Shown piece by piece: positions 29,596 through 40,041 of a DNA stretch of 64,000 bases. The stretch is from an uncultured Candidatus Saccharibacteria bacterium (GTDB taxonomy: Bacteria > Patescibacteriota > Saccharimonadia > Saccharimonadales > UBA7683). The stretch's first letter is position 1. Every line of letters begins with the position of its first letter. The position numbers were made by a program, and so were the translations under genes. The stretch is taken from positions 82,350 to 146,349 of the forward strand of contig CAZIPE010000001.1 of the NCBI GenBank assembly GCA_964541305.1, written 5' to 3'. Below the pieces are notes generated by a model. That model was not told the DNA's origin. It worked only from the letters and a program-made list of their open reading frames with translations, and made no database searches.

Positions 29596-30540
29596 TTATT
29601 TACGTTGAAATTTTCTGATAATGAGCGTCGTAGCGGTGCCGAAAGATAATAGCGTCGCAATCAGTATGAATGTATAACGGGTATCTAGAGGCTTTTTCTG
29701 ACCAGCATCAGGAACACCCGGCACCTCCTCCTCTACAACTGCAAGCGGGTCAGCCCACGGAAGGAGCTCCCAGTTAGTCATTGTGATATCCCAGTCATAT
29801 AAGCCTGAGTTTGCGAAATTATCGAGATTACCACCAACTGTTCTGAATAGTCCTGGTGCACTTGTAACACCCTCATAGTCTGTTACTGCAATGTTATCAA
29901 CAAGATAGTAATCTTCTTGCCACGTTAAATCGCTATCGGCCACACAGTAGGGAAAGTCATCGCCCGTATCCCAGTGAACAGCTTGTTCGGTTCGATAATG
30001 AATAGCTTGAACACCCGGTGATACCGTGACGTATCCCAAAATTGTGGCAGTCCATGTATTTACACCAGTACATCCAGTGCTTCCATCAAGTTTAGTTGTT
30101 GTCTGAGTTGTACTGCCACTTGTAGTCCACGATGCAGTATCATTCCAATACCGTGGCAATAGCTGTATCGGCGTACTAAAGGTGACGTCTTTATCATTTG
30201 TATCACAACCATCATACGTCTCTTTATAATTAAGTTCGTCACCCTCCCAGCTGAGTAAATCCCAGTGACAGTCTTTTTGAGCATCTTCAGGGGCATTGTT
30301 ATACTGTTTAAAGGCGTCTGGATCTCCATCAACTGAACCGAACCAAAGCACCGCTCTCTCCGGGCTGCCTTCAATTCGATTATTGAACCCTTCTAAGTAG
30401 TAGTTGTTCATAAGATCAGGATTTGGATAATAGCTTTTTAGGTCGATTGTTGCTGCACTAACTGATTGAGAAGCAAGCAATGTCAAAAAGACGAACACAA
30501 ACAACCCAATGATGTTTTTCAGTATATTTTTATGTTTCAT
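29596..30540 (-). CDS. secreted/surface protein with C-terminal anchor-like signal
   Basis: Start set at MKHKNILKN (30540, AAAGGG upstream). Signal peptide ...LASQSVSA/AT. The mature part is rich in W/Y/D/T. The C-terminus is VPDAGQKKPLDTRY, then a hydrophobic helix, then RKFQRK. Confidence 0.65.
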   Translation of the reverse strand: MKHKNILKNIIGLFVFVFLTLLASQSVSAATIDLKSYYPNPDLMNNYYLEGFNNRIEGSPERAVLWFGSVDGDPDAFKQYNNAPEDAQKDCHWDLLSWEGDELNYKETYDGCDTNDKDVTFSTPIQLLPRYWNDTASWTTSGSTTQTTTKLDGSTGCTGVNTWTATILGYVTVSPGVQAIHYRTEQAVHWDTGDDFPYCVADSDLTWQEDYYLVDNIAVTDYEGVTSAPGLFRTVGGNLDNFANSGLYDWDITMTNWELLPWADPLAVVEEEVPGVPDAGQKKPLDTRYTFILIATLLSFGTATTLIIRKFQRK

Positions 30541-30620
30541 TTTATAAACCCTTTTACTGTTTATGGTTACTAAATGTAATGATATACCTAAAATTAGCAT
30601 AAAGCAATACTTCTATGTCA

Positions 30621-32651
30621 TCAGTTTAGATAGGTTAGAGATCGATTTTGCTGAACCTTTTGATTCAGTTTTGAATAGTCAGTCAGTTCCTCATCTGAAT
30701 TAAGGAATTCTATAGCACTTTGCTTAGCGGTGGCGATTAATTTTGTATCAGTAATGTTCGCAATCTTAAGATCTAATTTTCCGTGCTGTCGCAAACCATA
30801 CAGTGCACCTGGACCACGGAGCTCGAGATCAAGTTCTGCAAGTTTAAACCCATCATTAGTCGTTTCCATAGCTCGAAGTCGTTTTGATGGCTTCTGTGAG
30901 CTTGTTGGCATAAGGTAGCAATAGCCCTGATAATGGGAACGACCAACTCTGCCACGAAGTTGGTGTAACTGAGCTAGGCCAAATTGATCAGCTGCCTCAA
31001 TAAGCATCACGCTGGCATTTGGCACATCAATTCCGACCTCAATCACTGTTGTACTTACAAGAATATCGAGGTTTCCTTTTAGAAATTCGTTCATGACAGC
31101 AGACTTCTCCTCATCTTTAACCTTGCCATGCAGCAATCCGATTCGTCGATGTTTAAATGGACCTTTTGAAAGTAACTTCAACTCCTCATTGACGCTTTTT
31201 ACTCCTGTAGTATCTGACTCGTCGATAAGTGGGCACACTACAAAGACCTGCCTCCCGCTCGTAATTTCACGATCAATTTCATCGTACAACTGAGCTCTGG
31301 AATTCGGTGACCAGATCTCAGTCTTAATGGGCAGCCTGTTACTTGGTTTTTGGTTGATAATTGATATGTCTAGTTCACCATACACGGTCAGCGCTAGGCT
31401 GCGTGGAATTGGCGTCGCAGTCATGCTCAGTATATGAGGAATAACAACACCTTTATCTACTAGCTTCTGACGCTGGTTGACACCGAAGCGATGCTGTTCA
31501 TCGATTACCACATAACCTAGGTTGTGAAAGCTCACATCTTCTTGCAGTAAGGCATGTGTACCGACCACAATATCTACCTGACCCTGTGCTAACTGATCTT
31601 TAAGTAATTGTTTATTTGTTTTTTTGACAGCTGAAGTGAGCAGAGCTACTTTGATACCTACAGGTTCAAGTAAATCTGCCAGGGTTTTGGCATGTTGACG
31701 CGCCAGCAACTCTGTTGGTGCTAAAAATGCTGACTGCACGTTGTTATGAGTCGCCATGACGGCTCCAAAAGCAGCTACAACTGTTTTTCCGGCCCCAACG
31801 TCACCCTCCAGAAGTCTATTCATAGGCGTAGATTTATTAATATCTTGCAAGATTTCCCAGGCCGTTTTCTTTTGCGCCGGCGTGAGGTCAAACGAGAGAA
31901 GCTTGGTGTATTTTTTGGCAACAGCTTCATCAAATTTAATTTGCACCGCCGTTTCGGATTCCACCTCTCGCTTATTAAGTTGTCCTGCGAGCACGTAACT
32001 AAAGATCTCTTCGAAACCTATGGTGTGCCTAGCCATGTCGAGCCTATCACCATCTTCGGGCCAATGAAGTTGTCGCGCAGCATCCTGAAACTTCATGAGT
32101 TTGTTACTTTTTATAACTGACTGGGGTAAGTGATCTTGAAGATCGGCAAAGAGGCCGGTACATTCATGAATGAACGAACGAATTTCACGAGATGTCAGGC
32201 CCTTGGTCTCAGAGTAAATAGGTACGATACGAGCGGTATTTTTTGTAAATTCTGCTACCTGCTCCACCGAAGGATTCAAAAGAGTATAGCGATTGTAGCT
32301 AAAATCATATAACCCCGAGAAGTAATAATCGGCTCCTTGCTTAAAATACTTTTCACGGTAAGGTTGATTAAACCACACTGCCTTAATCGCTCCTGTATCA
32401 TCGCGTAGATTAGCTTCGGTTATGTGCATACCTCTACGAACCCGACGAGTTTTTACTGATTCTACTCGTGCTTTTATAGTCACCGCACCGGGCTTTATCT
32501 GTGAAATAGTTATTACTTCACTGTAATCATCATATCTGCGAGGCCAATACGTCAGCAGATTTTCTATAGAGCTCACCCCAAGCTTTTCGAGTTTCTTGGC
32601 TGTTTCCTTGCCAACCCCCTTAATATATTCGACAGAATCACTTAACTTCAT
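30621..32651 (-). CDS. recG: ATP-dependent DNA helicase RecG
   Basis: 676 aa with a wedge domain plus SF2 helicase motifs (GDVGAGKT, DEQHRFG). Confidence 0.97.
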   Translation of the reverse strand: MKLSDSVEYIKGVGKETAKKLEKLGVSSIENLLTYWPRRYDDYSEVITISQIKPGAVTIKARVESVKTRRVRRGMHITEANLRDDTGAIKAVWFNQPYREKYFKQGADYYFSGLYDFSYNRYTLLNPSVEQVAEFTKNTARIVPIYSETKGLTSREIRSFIHECTGLFADLQDHLPQSVIKSNKLMKFQDAARQLHWPEDGDRLDMARHTIGFEEIFSYVLAGQLNKREVESETAVQIKFDEAVAKKYTKLLSFDLTPAQKKTAWEILQDINKSTPMNRLLEGDVGAGKTVVAAFGAVMATHNNVQSAFLAPTELLARQHAKTLADLLEPVGIKVALLTSAVKKTNKQLLKDQLAQGQVDIVVGTHALLQEDVSFHNLGYVVIDEQHRFGVNQRQKLVDKGVVIPHILSMTATPIPRSLALTVYGELDISIINQKPSNRLPIKTEIWSPNSRAQLYDEIDREITSGRQVFVVCPLIDESDTTGVKSVNEELKLLSKGPFKHRRIGLLHGKVKDEEKSAVMNEFLKGNLDILVSTTVIEVGIDVPNASVMLIEAADQFGLAQLHQLRGRVGRSHYQGYCYLMPTSSQKPSKRLRAMETTNDGFKLAELDLELRGPGALYGLRQHGKLDLKIANITDTKLIATAKQSAIEFLNSDEELTDYSKLNQKVQQNRSLTYLN

Positions 32652-32667
32652 ATACTATTAGGGTATC

Positions 32668-32961
32668 ATGTCAAACATACCAAAAGGATGGATCAAAAAA
32701 GACAATACGCTGATACTCTCATTGAAGTTACCGGATTTCATGCGGGCCATAGCGCTCCTTAATTCTGTCGGAGATATTGCTCAGCAACTGAATCATCACC
32801 CAGATATGCTCATACATAATTACAGCGAACTTAAAATTGCTACAACAACACACTCTACCAATAGTCTTACTCAAAAAGATTACGAGCTAGCTCAAAAAAC
32901 AACTGATTTACTTGAATATCAAGACAAGAAAGAAGATATTCAGAAGAACGGACGCAGTTAG
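32668..32961 (+). CDS. pterin-4-alpha-carbinolamine dehydratase-like protein
   Basis: 97 aa with NHHPD and a THS... motif typical of the PCD/DCoH fold. Confidence 0.8.
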   Translation: MSNIPKGWIKKDNTLILSLKLPDFMRAIALLNSVGDIAQQLNHHPDMLIHNYSELKIATTTHSTNSLTQKDYELAQKTTDLLEYQDKKEDIQKNGRS

Positions 32962-32967
32962 GCATCT

Positions 32968-34200
32968 TTAATTTTTAATGAGAGCAAAACCGTTTTTACC
33001 ACGTTTGAGTAGTAAATAACCAATAGGCGCCTTATGTAGCGTACGGTCATCTTGAACGGTTATCTTTTCACCATTTATTGAGACTGCTCCAGATTCTATG
33101 AATCTTCTTGCCTCTGAATTTGACTTAGCCAGATTAGAATCTACAAGTGCAGAGATGACATCTTCAGGTTCAACTACAGGAATTTCAGTCGCGAGCTCCT
33201 CAATGTCGTCGCTTGAAAGTTCAGCAAACAACCCTGCTCCAAACAGAACCTCGCTCACACGCTTTACACTTTCAGCTCGTTTTTCACCGTGAACCAACTT
33301 AGTCACTTCGTAGGCTAGGTATTTTTGCGCAGAACGTGATGCTCTGTTGGATTCGAAATCCTTCATCAACTCATCATATTCTTCAGGTGGGATTGCGGTA
33401 TATATCTTAATGTAGTCACCAACGCCTTCATCATCTAAGTTTAGCCAAAACTGATAAAACTTAAAGGCACTAGTTAGTTCTGAATCTAACCATACAGCGC
33501 CATCTTCAGATTTACCGAATTTGACACCAGTCGTTTTGTTTACAATTAGTGGTACCGAGTAAACATGGGCTTCTTTTCCGTCTAGTTTCCTGATCATTTC
33601 CACGCCAGCAAGGCTATTGCCCCACTGGTCGGCGCCACACACCTGAAGTGTTACGTTTTTACTGCGATATAAATGCAGAAAGTCATATCCCTGAATGAGT
33701 GAGTAGCTGAATTCGGCATAGCTTATACCCGCACCGTCTTTGCCGATACGATTTTTCACAAACTCTCGGTCGAGAAGTTGAGTCATTGAAAGATGTTTGC
33801 CGATATCGCGCAGAAAATCGAGATAGCCAATATCTTTGAACCAATCGTAATTATCTACTATCTCAAACTCTTGACCAGAAAATACTGTTTTGTACTGCTC
33901 AGCAATTGACTGCTTGTTCTCAGAAATTTGCTCGATAGTTAATAGTTCTCTTTCTTGCTTTTTCCCATCTGGATCACCAATTAGACCCGTGGCACCACCT
34001 ACAAGAAGTATCGGGGTGTAGCCATGCTTCATTAGCACTTTCACCATCATGGCCGAGGCAAGGTTACCTATGGTCATGCTCGAAGCTGAAGGGTCAACGC
34101 CGAAGTAAAACGTACGTTTTTCATTGTCTAGTTCGGTAATATCTTTGAATGTCGTCTGGTTTACAAAACCGCGCCAGGTAAGTTCTTCTGAAAGCTTCAT
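32968..34200 (-). CDS. tyrS: tyrosine--tRNA ligase
   Basis: Start set at MKLSEELTWRGF (34200, AAAGGA upstream). Class I motifs and a C-terminal S4-like domain. Confidence 0.97.
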   Translation of the reverse strand: MKLSEELTWRGFVNQTTFKDITELDNEKRTFYFGVDPSASSMTIGNLASAMMVKVLMKHGYTPILLVGGATGLIGDPDGKKQERELLTIEQISENKQSIAEQYKTVFSGQEFEIVDNYDWFKDIGYLDFLRDIGKHLSMTQLLDREFVKNRIGKDGAGISYAEFSYSLIQGYDFLHLYRSKNVTLQVCGADQWGNSLAGVEMIRKLDGKEAHVYSVPLIVNKTTGVKFGKSEDGAVWLDSELTSAFKFYQFWLNLDDEGVGDYIKIYTAIPPEEYDELMKDFESNRASRSAQKYLAYEVTKLVHGEKRAESVKRVSEVLFGAGLFAELSSDDIEELATEIPVVEPEDVISALVDSNLAKSNSEARRFIESGAVSINGEKITVQDDRTLHKAPIGYLLLKRGKNGFALIKN

Positions 34201-34302
34201 TATGTTCCTTTGTTTATCAGATTGCTTATTAGTATAACATTGCACGAAAACACGTACAAAATGCTATAATTAATACCATAAGCATGAGGTATAATTAGAG
34301 AT

Positions 34303-36975
34303 ATGGCAAAAACTGTTAAGAAGGGCTCTGTGAGAAAGCCCGCTCAACGTAAGGGTTCTCACTCGGTTTACACTAATCTTGCAACTAAGCGCAAGGTAAA
34401 GGTAGATGCACGCTCCAGACAAAAAGCAGAATTTCTTGCAACACTTCCAAAATCGCGCATAAAGCGTTTCTTTTACCGTATGCATCCGCGACGCTTCTTT
34501 AAATACTGGTTCTCTAAAGAGGGTGGCTTGATGGCACTCAAAATTGGTGGGCTCGGTCTGGCGGCTTTTGTTATTCTTATCCTCACCATTTTCGCAATTT
34601 TCAGAAAAGATTTGGCGCTCGGCCCTGATGAACTCACCAAGCGCGTTCAGAGTCGAACGACAAAATTTTACGACCGAACAGGTCAAGTGCTTTTGTATGA
34701 TCTATATAAGGACCAACAACTGACCTTCGTAAAGCCCGATCAGATCTCAAACAACATGAAATATGCCATGGTGGCTATTGAAGATAAAGACTTCTATAAA
34801 CATGGTGGTTTTGATGTAAAGGGTATAGCGCGCTCTGTCGTAAACAACGCAAGTGGTGGTGGTAAACAAGGCGCCTCAACCATCACTCAGCAGTTGGCGC
34901 GTGTGGTTATTCTTGAAGACAATACTAGTACCGGGCTGGCGGGATACACTCGTAAAATTAAAGAACTCATTCTTTCAATTGAGCTAGAGCGTTCGTATTC
35001 AAAAGATGAGATACTTAACTTCTACCTCAACTCCGTCAGCTTTGGGGGCACAGCGATTGGTGTTGAATCTGCTGCTCAACGTTACTTCAACAAGCCTGCC
35101 AGTAAGTTGAGCATTGCCGAAGCAGCCTACATTGCGTCCATTCCACAATACCCTACGCTTTATGACAAAAATAATCCTAACTTCGATGCCGAACGCACAC
35201 TCGCACGGCAACAAACGGTTATAGATTATATGCGTGACCAGGGCTATATTACTGAAAAAGAAGCTACCGAAGCCAAGGAAGTTAAGATTCTCGCCAAAAT
35301 TAAACCGCTGAAGAATCAACAGAACATCAAAGCCCCTCACTTTGTGAACGAGATTATTAAAGACTTAGAAGGCCAATATGGTGCCGAAAATGTAAGACAA
35401 GGTGGCTGGCGCATTACCACAACACTTGATTGGAACATGCAACAACTTGCAGAAAAATCAATTGCAGATAACATTGCTAACGTTGATGCGCGCAATGGAG
35501 ATAATGCTGCACTTGTTGCCGTTGATGTAAAGACGAATCAAGTACTTGCCATGTCTGGTAGTCGCAACTACACCTTTAAAGGGTACGGCCAAACAAACGC
35601 AGCAACAGCCAAATTACAGCCAGGTTCGAGCCTTAAACCATTTGTGTATACCGAGCTATTTGATCAGGGCTCATACGGACCCGGCAGTGTCATACCGGAC
35701 ACCAGACAGGCCTTTTACGGCATTTATCCAAATAACTTCGATCGAGGCTTTAGAGGAAATATTAGTATACGAAGTGCTCTCGCTGAATCTCGTAACTTAC
35801 CCGCCATGAAAGCTGCACAAATGGTGGGTATGGACAAAGTTATTGAATCGCTTAAGAAGGCTGGTGAAACCGATATCACATGTGGTGTTGAGGGCGAATG
35901 TACCAACCCGTTCTTGGCAATCGGCTCAGGTGACGTTAATCTCGACCAACACACGGCCGCCTACGCCACTATTGCACGTGGATATGAAGCAAAACCTCAA
36001 ACCTCTATTCTTAAAATTGAAAAGCCTAATGGTGAAATTGTTCAGGAATGGAAAGACGCAAAGGGCTCACAAATCTACGGCGACGCCAACCGAGGTGAAC
36101 AGTTACGTTTCCTTATTAGTAGCATACTTTCTGATGATGTCGCGCGAGCTCCAACCTTTGGCTATGGACAACCTTGGTTCAATACACCTGGCGTGAAGAT
36201 GGCCATAAAAACTGGTACAACCGATAACTCGAAAGATGGTTGGATGATGGGCTACTCTCCTAAATTAGCTGTAGGTGTATGGGCTGGCAATCATGACGGC
36301 ACACCAATGGGAACGGCGACCGATCAAAGTACCGGCCCCATTTTTGGTCAGTTCGTAAAGGAAGCTCACGATAAAGTTATGACTAAGCCTCAGTACGGAT
36401 ATAAAGCAAATGAATGGTTCACTCAACCACAGGGTATACAGAAAATGAGAGTGGGGGGAAGGTGGGATATCTTCCAATCTTGGTTTAGAAAACCAAAGGA
36501 AAGTAAAAAGAAATTTACTATGGATAAAGTCTCAAAGAAGCTCGCAACGAGCTGTACACCAGCCGATGCCAAGGAGACTATTGAGGTTACTGTAGTAAGC
36601 GATCCGAATAGACCTGGTAGTGAAGTTATTGGTACGCCTCCCGCAGGCTACGATATTAAGAACAATGATGATGTACACAAATGTGGTGATAAAAAGCCGT
36701 CTGTAGGTGCTATCGGCCTCACAGAGATAGATCCTGATTCCAGAACCTACACTATTACCGCAAGCGTCAGCAAAGGCAAATTTAGTCTCGATAAAGTGGA
36801 ATTTATTGTCAACGGCCAGGTAGTCAGTTCGCAAAATGCAAAAGGTTCAAGTTACTCAACAACCTACAAGTTCCCCAAAGATGGTACTTACACTATCCGA
36901 GTCAGGACGGTTGACGAAGGATACTATCAAGGCGAGAATAGCATTACATCTGTAGTACCTGAAATTGAACCGTAA
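34303..36975 (+). CDS. class A penicillin-binding protein (glycosyltransferase + transpeptidase) with extra C-terminal beta-rich domain
   Basis: 890 aa. Contains a basic N-terminus plus TM segment, GT51 motifs (EDKDFYKHGGFD, RKIKE), and transpeptidase SxxK (GSSLKP), SRN and KTGT motifs. Confidence 0.95.
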   Translation: MAKTVKKGSVRKPAQRKGSHSVYTNLATKRKVKVDARSRQKAEFLATLPKSRIKRFFYRMHPRRFFKYWFSKEGGLMALKIGGLGLAAFVILILTIFAIFRKDLALGPDELTKRVQSRTTKFYDRTGQVLLYDLYKDQQLTFVKPDQISNNMKYAMVAIEDKDFYKHGGFDVKGIARSVVNNASGGGKQGASTITQQLARVVILEDNTSTGLAGYTRKIKELILSIELERSYSKDEILNFYLNSVSFGGTAIGVESAAQRYFNKPASKLSIAEAAYIASIPQYPTLYDKNNPNFDAERTLARQQTVIDYMRDQGYITEKEATEAKEVKILAKIKPLKNQQNIKAPHFVNEIIKDLEGQYGAENVRQGGWRITTTLDWNMQQLAEKSIADNIANVDARNGDNAALVAVDVKTNQVLAMSGSRNYTFKGYGQTNAATAKLQPGSSLKPFVYTELFDQGSYGPGSVIPDTRQAFYGIYPNNFDRGFRGNISIRSALAESRNLPAMKAAQMVGMDKVIESLKKAGETDITCGVEGECTNPFLAIGSGDVNLDQHTAAYATIARGYEAKPQTSILKIEKPNGEIVQEWKDAKGSQIYGDANRGEQLRFLISSILSDDVARAPTFGYGQPWFNTPGVKMAIKTGTTDNSKDGWMMGYSPKLAVGVWAGNHDGTPMGTATDQSTGPIFGQFVKEAHDKVMTKPQYGYKANEWFTQPQGIQKMRVGGRWDIFQSWFRKPKESKKKFTMDKVSKKLATSCTPADAKETIEVTVVSDPNRPGSEVIGTPPAGYDIKNNDDVHKCGDKKPSVGAIGLTEIDPDSRTYTITASVSKGKFSLDKVEFIVNGQVVSSQNAKGSSYSTTYKFPKDGTYTIRVRTVDEGYYQGENSITSVVPEIEP

Positions 36976-36997
36976 GTTACTTATCAGAATTTTATAG

Positions 36998-37708
36998 CTA
37001 CCGTTTTGTATCACGTCGAGGATCACGTAGTGCCTTGGCGAACATCATCCGCCCAGCTGAAGTTTGCAAGTTACGAGTAAACTCGACTGCCACCACCTTC
37101 CCCATCTGATTTGCCGCGTTCTCAACCACTACCATCGTGCCATCATCAAGATAGCCAACACCTTGAGTGCGTTCTTGGCCTTTTTGTACAATCTTAATTT
37201 CAGCTTTTTCACCCGGTAAACGTGCAGGACGAAGATTCTGTGCCAGTTCATTTATATTAAGTACTCGAACACCTTCGATCTCAGCAACTTTAAGTAAATT
37301 ATAGTCGGTGGTATATAAAAGTGAACCTGTCTTTTTTGCTACTTTGACTAGCTTCTCGTCAACACCAGATTCACTCGGCTCGTCATCAGAAATAATTCGG
37401 ATTTCTGCGTGACGACTATCTTGAAGTTCTTGTATTACTTGAAGCCCAAAACGGGCTCGTTCGCGCTTTAAATGATCCGCCTTGTCAGCCAATAGCTGTA
37501 ATTCAGCAATCACAAAACGCGGTACCAGCAGTTCCCCTGGTACGAAGCCTGAGCGGACTACTTCTAGTACTCGCCCATCCATCAGTGCGCTTGTGTCGAG
37601 TAAAACTCGGGAGTTAGCTTTTGGCGCGCGCTTATGTATGAGCACATACAAGATGCTGATTCCGACAATAAGTGATAGTGATGATATGAGTAGCAATAAT
37701 TCTGTCAT
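36998..37708 (-). CDS. membrane-anchored PIN + TRAM domain protein (YacL-like)
   Basis: 236 aa with an N-terminal TM segment, a PIN domain (VLLDTSALMDGR) and a C-terminal TRAM-like OB fold. It lies downstream of radA, as in Firmicutes. Confidence 0.85.
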   Translation of the reverse strand: MTELLLLISSLSLIVGISILYVLIHKRAPKANSRVLLDTSALMDGRVLEVVRSGFVPGELLVPRFVIAELQLLADKADHLKRERARFGLQVIQELQDSRHAEIRIISDDEPSESGVDEKLVKVAKKTGSLLYTTDYNLLKVAEIEGVRVLNINELAQNLRPARLPGEKAEIKIVQKGQERTQGVGYLDDGTMVVVENAANQMGKVVAVEFTRNLQTSAGRMMFAKALRDPRRDTKR

Positions 37709-37718
37709 GTGTTTCCTT

Positions 37719-39062
37719 TTACGATTTTAAATAGGTATTGAGTGCTTCACGTAAGCTCGAAATTGATTGATACGTTGCGAGCGAGGTGTCTGATTTTGGC
37801 CCAATAGCCAGCTTAAAGCCAAGCTGTTTTGCCTCTTTAACTCGCTTTTCTATCTGTGGCACGTGGCGAACTTCACCAGAAAGACCCACTTCTCCGAATA
37901 CTACTGCATCTTGTTTGAGCTTCAAGCCTTTTGCTGCCGATGCAATTGCCATACATACTGCAAGATCCGCTGCCGGTTCAGTTATTTTGATACCGCCTAC
38001 AATGTTGATATACACGTCTTGCTCGCTTAAATCGAGTTTGGTGCGACGCGATAATACCGCAGTAAGTAGCGTCAAGCGGTTCAAATCAAAGCCCGAGGCG
38101 GCGCGCTTAGGGTAGCCAAACGATGTTCTATTCACTAGCGCTTGAACTTCAACCAAAATAGGTCGCGTTCCTTCCATGGCAGCAAGAACAATTGACCCAT
38201 CTGCCACTTGCCTCTCAGCAAGTAATGTGGCAGAGGGATTCTCAACGGGTAGCAATCCACCTTCTTTCATTTCAAATATCCCCACCTCTGAGGTAGAGCC
38301 ATATCTATTTTTAACTGCTCGGAGTGTTTTGAATCCACCGTATCTGTCTCCCTCTAAATTCAGCACCACGTCAACGAGGTGCTCCATCAGCTTAGGCCCA
38401 GCGATAGAGCCTTCTTTTGTGACATGGCCTACTAGAATAAGGGTAGTATTTGTTTGCTTGGCGACTTGCGAAAGAATATGGGTCGAATTGGTAATCTGAC
38501 TTACACTACCAGGAGCTGAAGCAACAGCTTGAGAGGTAATAGTTTGAATTGAATCAACAATAATGAGATCATAGTCCCCACTTAAAATTGTTTGAGCAAT
38601 GTCTTCAGTGCTATTAGAACTAGCGAGCAACACATCTTTATAGTTCTTCGTCACACGCTCAGCTCTGTTACTGACTTGATCAAGCGATTCTTCTCCGCTG
38701 ACGTAAAGTACTTTTTGCTTCTGTGCGATATTTGCTGCAATTTGCACAAGGAGTGTACTCTTGCCTATTCCTGGTTGTCCTGCCATCAATGACACGCTAC
38801 CGCATACAAAACCGCCCCCCAGCACACTATCCACATCACTGATAGAGCTTGAGATACGCCCCTTGGTGGTAGTTTTTGATGAACCCGCAGCCGTTGCCTT
38901 CAAGTGTGCACCACCGAGTCGGGCAGAAGTCAGATTAACGTTTTGTGGAAGTTCTTCAACAAGACTGTTCCAGGCGCCACAGCTCGAGCATCTTCCCGCC
39001 CATTTACTATGTTTGTAGCCACATTCCTGGCAAATAAATTGTGCTGTTTTTTTCGCCATCAT
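37719..39062 (-). CDS. radA: DNA repair protein RadA/Sms
   Basis: 447 aa with an N-terminal CxxC...CxxC zinc finger, a Walker A motif (GQPGIGKST), KNRYG and a Lon-like C-terminal domain. Confidence 0.97.
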   Translation of the reverse strand: MMAKKTAQFICQECGYKHSKWAGRCSSCGAWNSLVEELPQNVNLTSARLGGAHLKATAAGSSKTTTKGRISSSISDVDSVLGGGFVCGSVSLMAGQPGIGKSTLLVQIAANIAQKQKVLYVSGEESLDQVSNRAERVTKNYKDVLLASSNSTEDIAQTILSGDYDLIIVDSIQTITSQAVASAPGSVSQITNSTHILSQVAKQTNTTLILVGHVTKEGSIAGPKLMEHLVDVVLNLEGDRYGGFKTLRAVKNRYGSTSEVGIFEMKEGGLLPVENPSATLLAERQVADGSIVLAAMEGTRPILVEVQALVNRTSFGYPKRAASGFDLNRLTLLTAVLSRRTKLDLSEQDVYINIVGGIKITEPAADLAVCMAIASAAKGLKLKQDAVVFGEVGLSGEVRHVPQIEKRVKEAKQLGFKLAIGPKSDTSLATYQSISSLREALNTYLKS

Positions 39063-39081
39063 CTGACCTACAGTATATCAT

Positions 39082-40041
39082 CTAGCGGAGTGTGGCTTTG
39101 GAACTATCAAGCTGATTAGCTAAATCATTCTCAGAAACTGCTAATTCGTTACGGAGCTTGACGATTGAATTATATTCTGTAATTTTACTACGCAGTTCGG
39201 TCAAGGAAGCGTTATAGGCTTGCACGGCTTGATTAAAGCTGGGGACGCGCTGGTTATATGCACTAGCGCTACCGGACGATCGCAGTGATTCAAGGGTTTT
39301 TTGCAAACTCTCAATCTGAGCGTTTTGTGCTTCAAGCTCTGCATTACCTGAATCAATTTGAGATTTAAGAGTTTTGAGCTGTGCATCGTATGATTCACGC
39401 TTACGCTCGAGGTCCGTAAATTTCTTCTGATATTTCTGAGAATAAGCAACGATAGTAGCCCTATCTTTAAAGTACCTGCTGTAATGTTGTTCAAGTTGAG
39501 GTGAAAGTTTCTTAAGCTCTGTTCCAAAAATTGAGTGCATTTCATTAAGCAGGTCTTCGGTGCCTGCTTTTTTATACAAGGCAAGCGTCTCCTTAACGCG
39601 CGCGTCTGTAACCGTCTGTGCATGCTTTTGCAGTAGTTCGTCTATTTCACGGCGTTCAGCGCTTGAAAGCCGTTCATAAGCAGCGTGGAGCACCTCGTGT
39701 GCCGCAGTGACCTGCTGTACGCCATCAAGCTGTGTGTCATCAACTTCGTACACATAAACACGTTGTTTAGTGTAGCAACCGAGTACGATATTGTTCTGCT
39801 CGAGCCCACTACACGAACTCCTGAACTGCTTAGCTTCCTGAACTTCACTCTGACTTGCTTGATAGAGAAATTCACCCTCATCAGTCAATTCTAACTGTTT
39901 GGCTAATTGTGCTGACTGACTTGAGATATCAGTCGTGTTCACGATATAGAGATCTTTGAGGTGCTGACGATTAGCGTACGCAAGTATGCCACCAGCAATA
40001 AGCACTACTATCACCACCCAGGAAAAGATACGCTTATTCAC
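39082..40041 (-). CDS. hypothetical membrane-anchored HExxH + coiled-coil protein
   Basis: 319 aa with an N-terminal TM segment, HEVLH at AAHEVLHAAY and a long C-terminal coiled coil. The start overlaps the clpC stop. Confidence 0.65.
   Translation of the reverse strand: MNKRIFSWVVIVVLIAGGILAYANRQHLKDLYIVNTTDISSQSAQLAKQLELTDEGEFLYQASQSEVQEAKQFRSSCSGLEQNNIVLGCYTKQRVYVYEVDDTQLDGVQQVTAAHEVLHAAYERLSSAERREIDELLQKHAQTVTDARVKETLALYKKAGTEDLLNEMHSIFGTELKKLSPQLEQHYSRYFKDRATIVAYSQKYQKKFTDLERKRESYDAQLKTLKSQIDSGNAELEAQNAQIESLQKTLESLRSSGSASAYNQRVPSFNQAVQAYNASLTELRSKITEYNSIVKLRNELAVSENDLANQLDSSKATLR

Noticed and set aside
34270-34686. A 138-aa minus-strand ORF overlapping the PBP1A start and promoter region.
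   Set aside because: It is antisense to the well-supported PBP1A N-terminus, has no start context and has odd Cys-rich composition. It is a shadow ORF.
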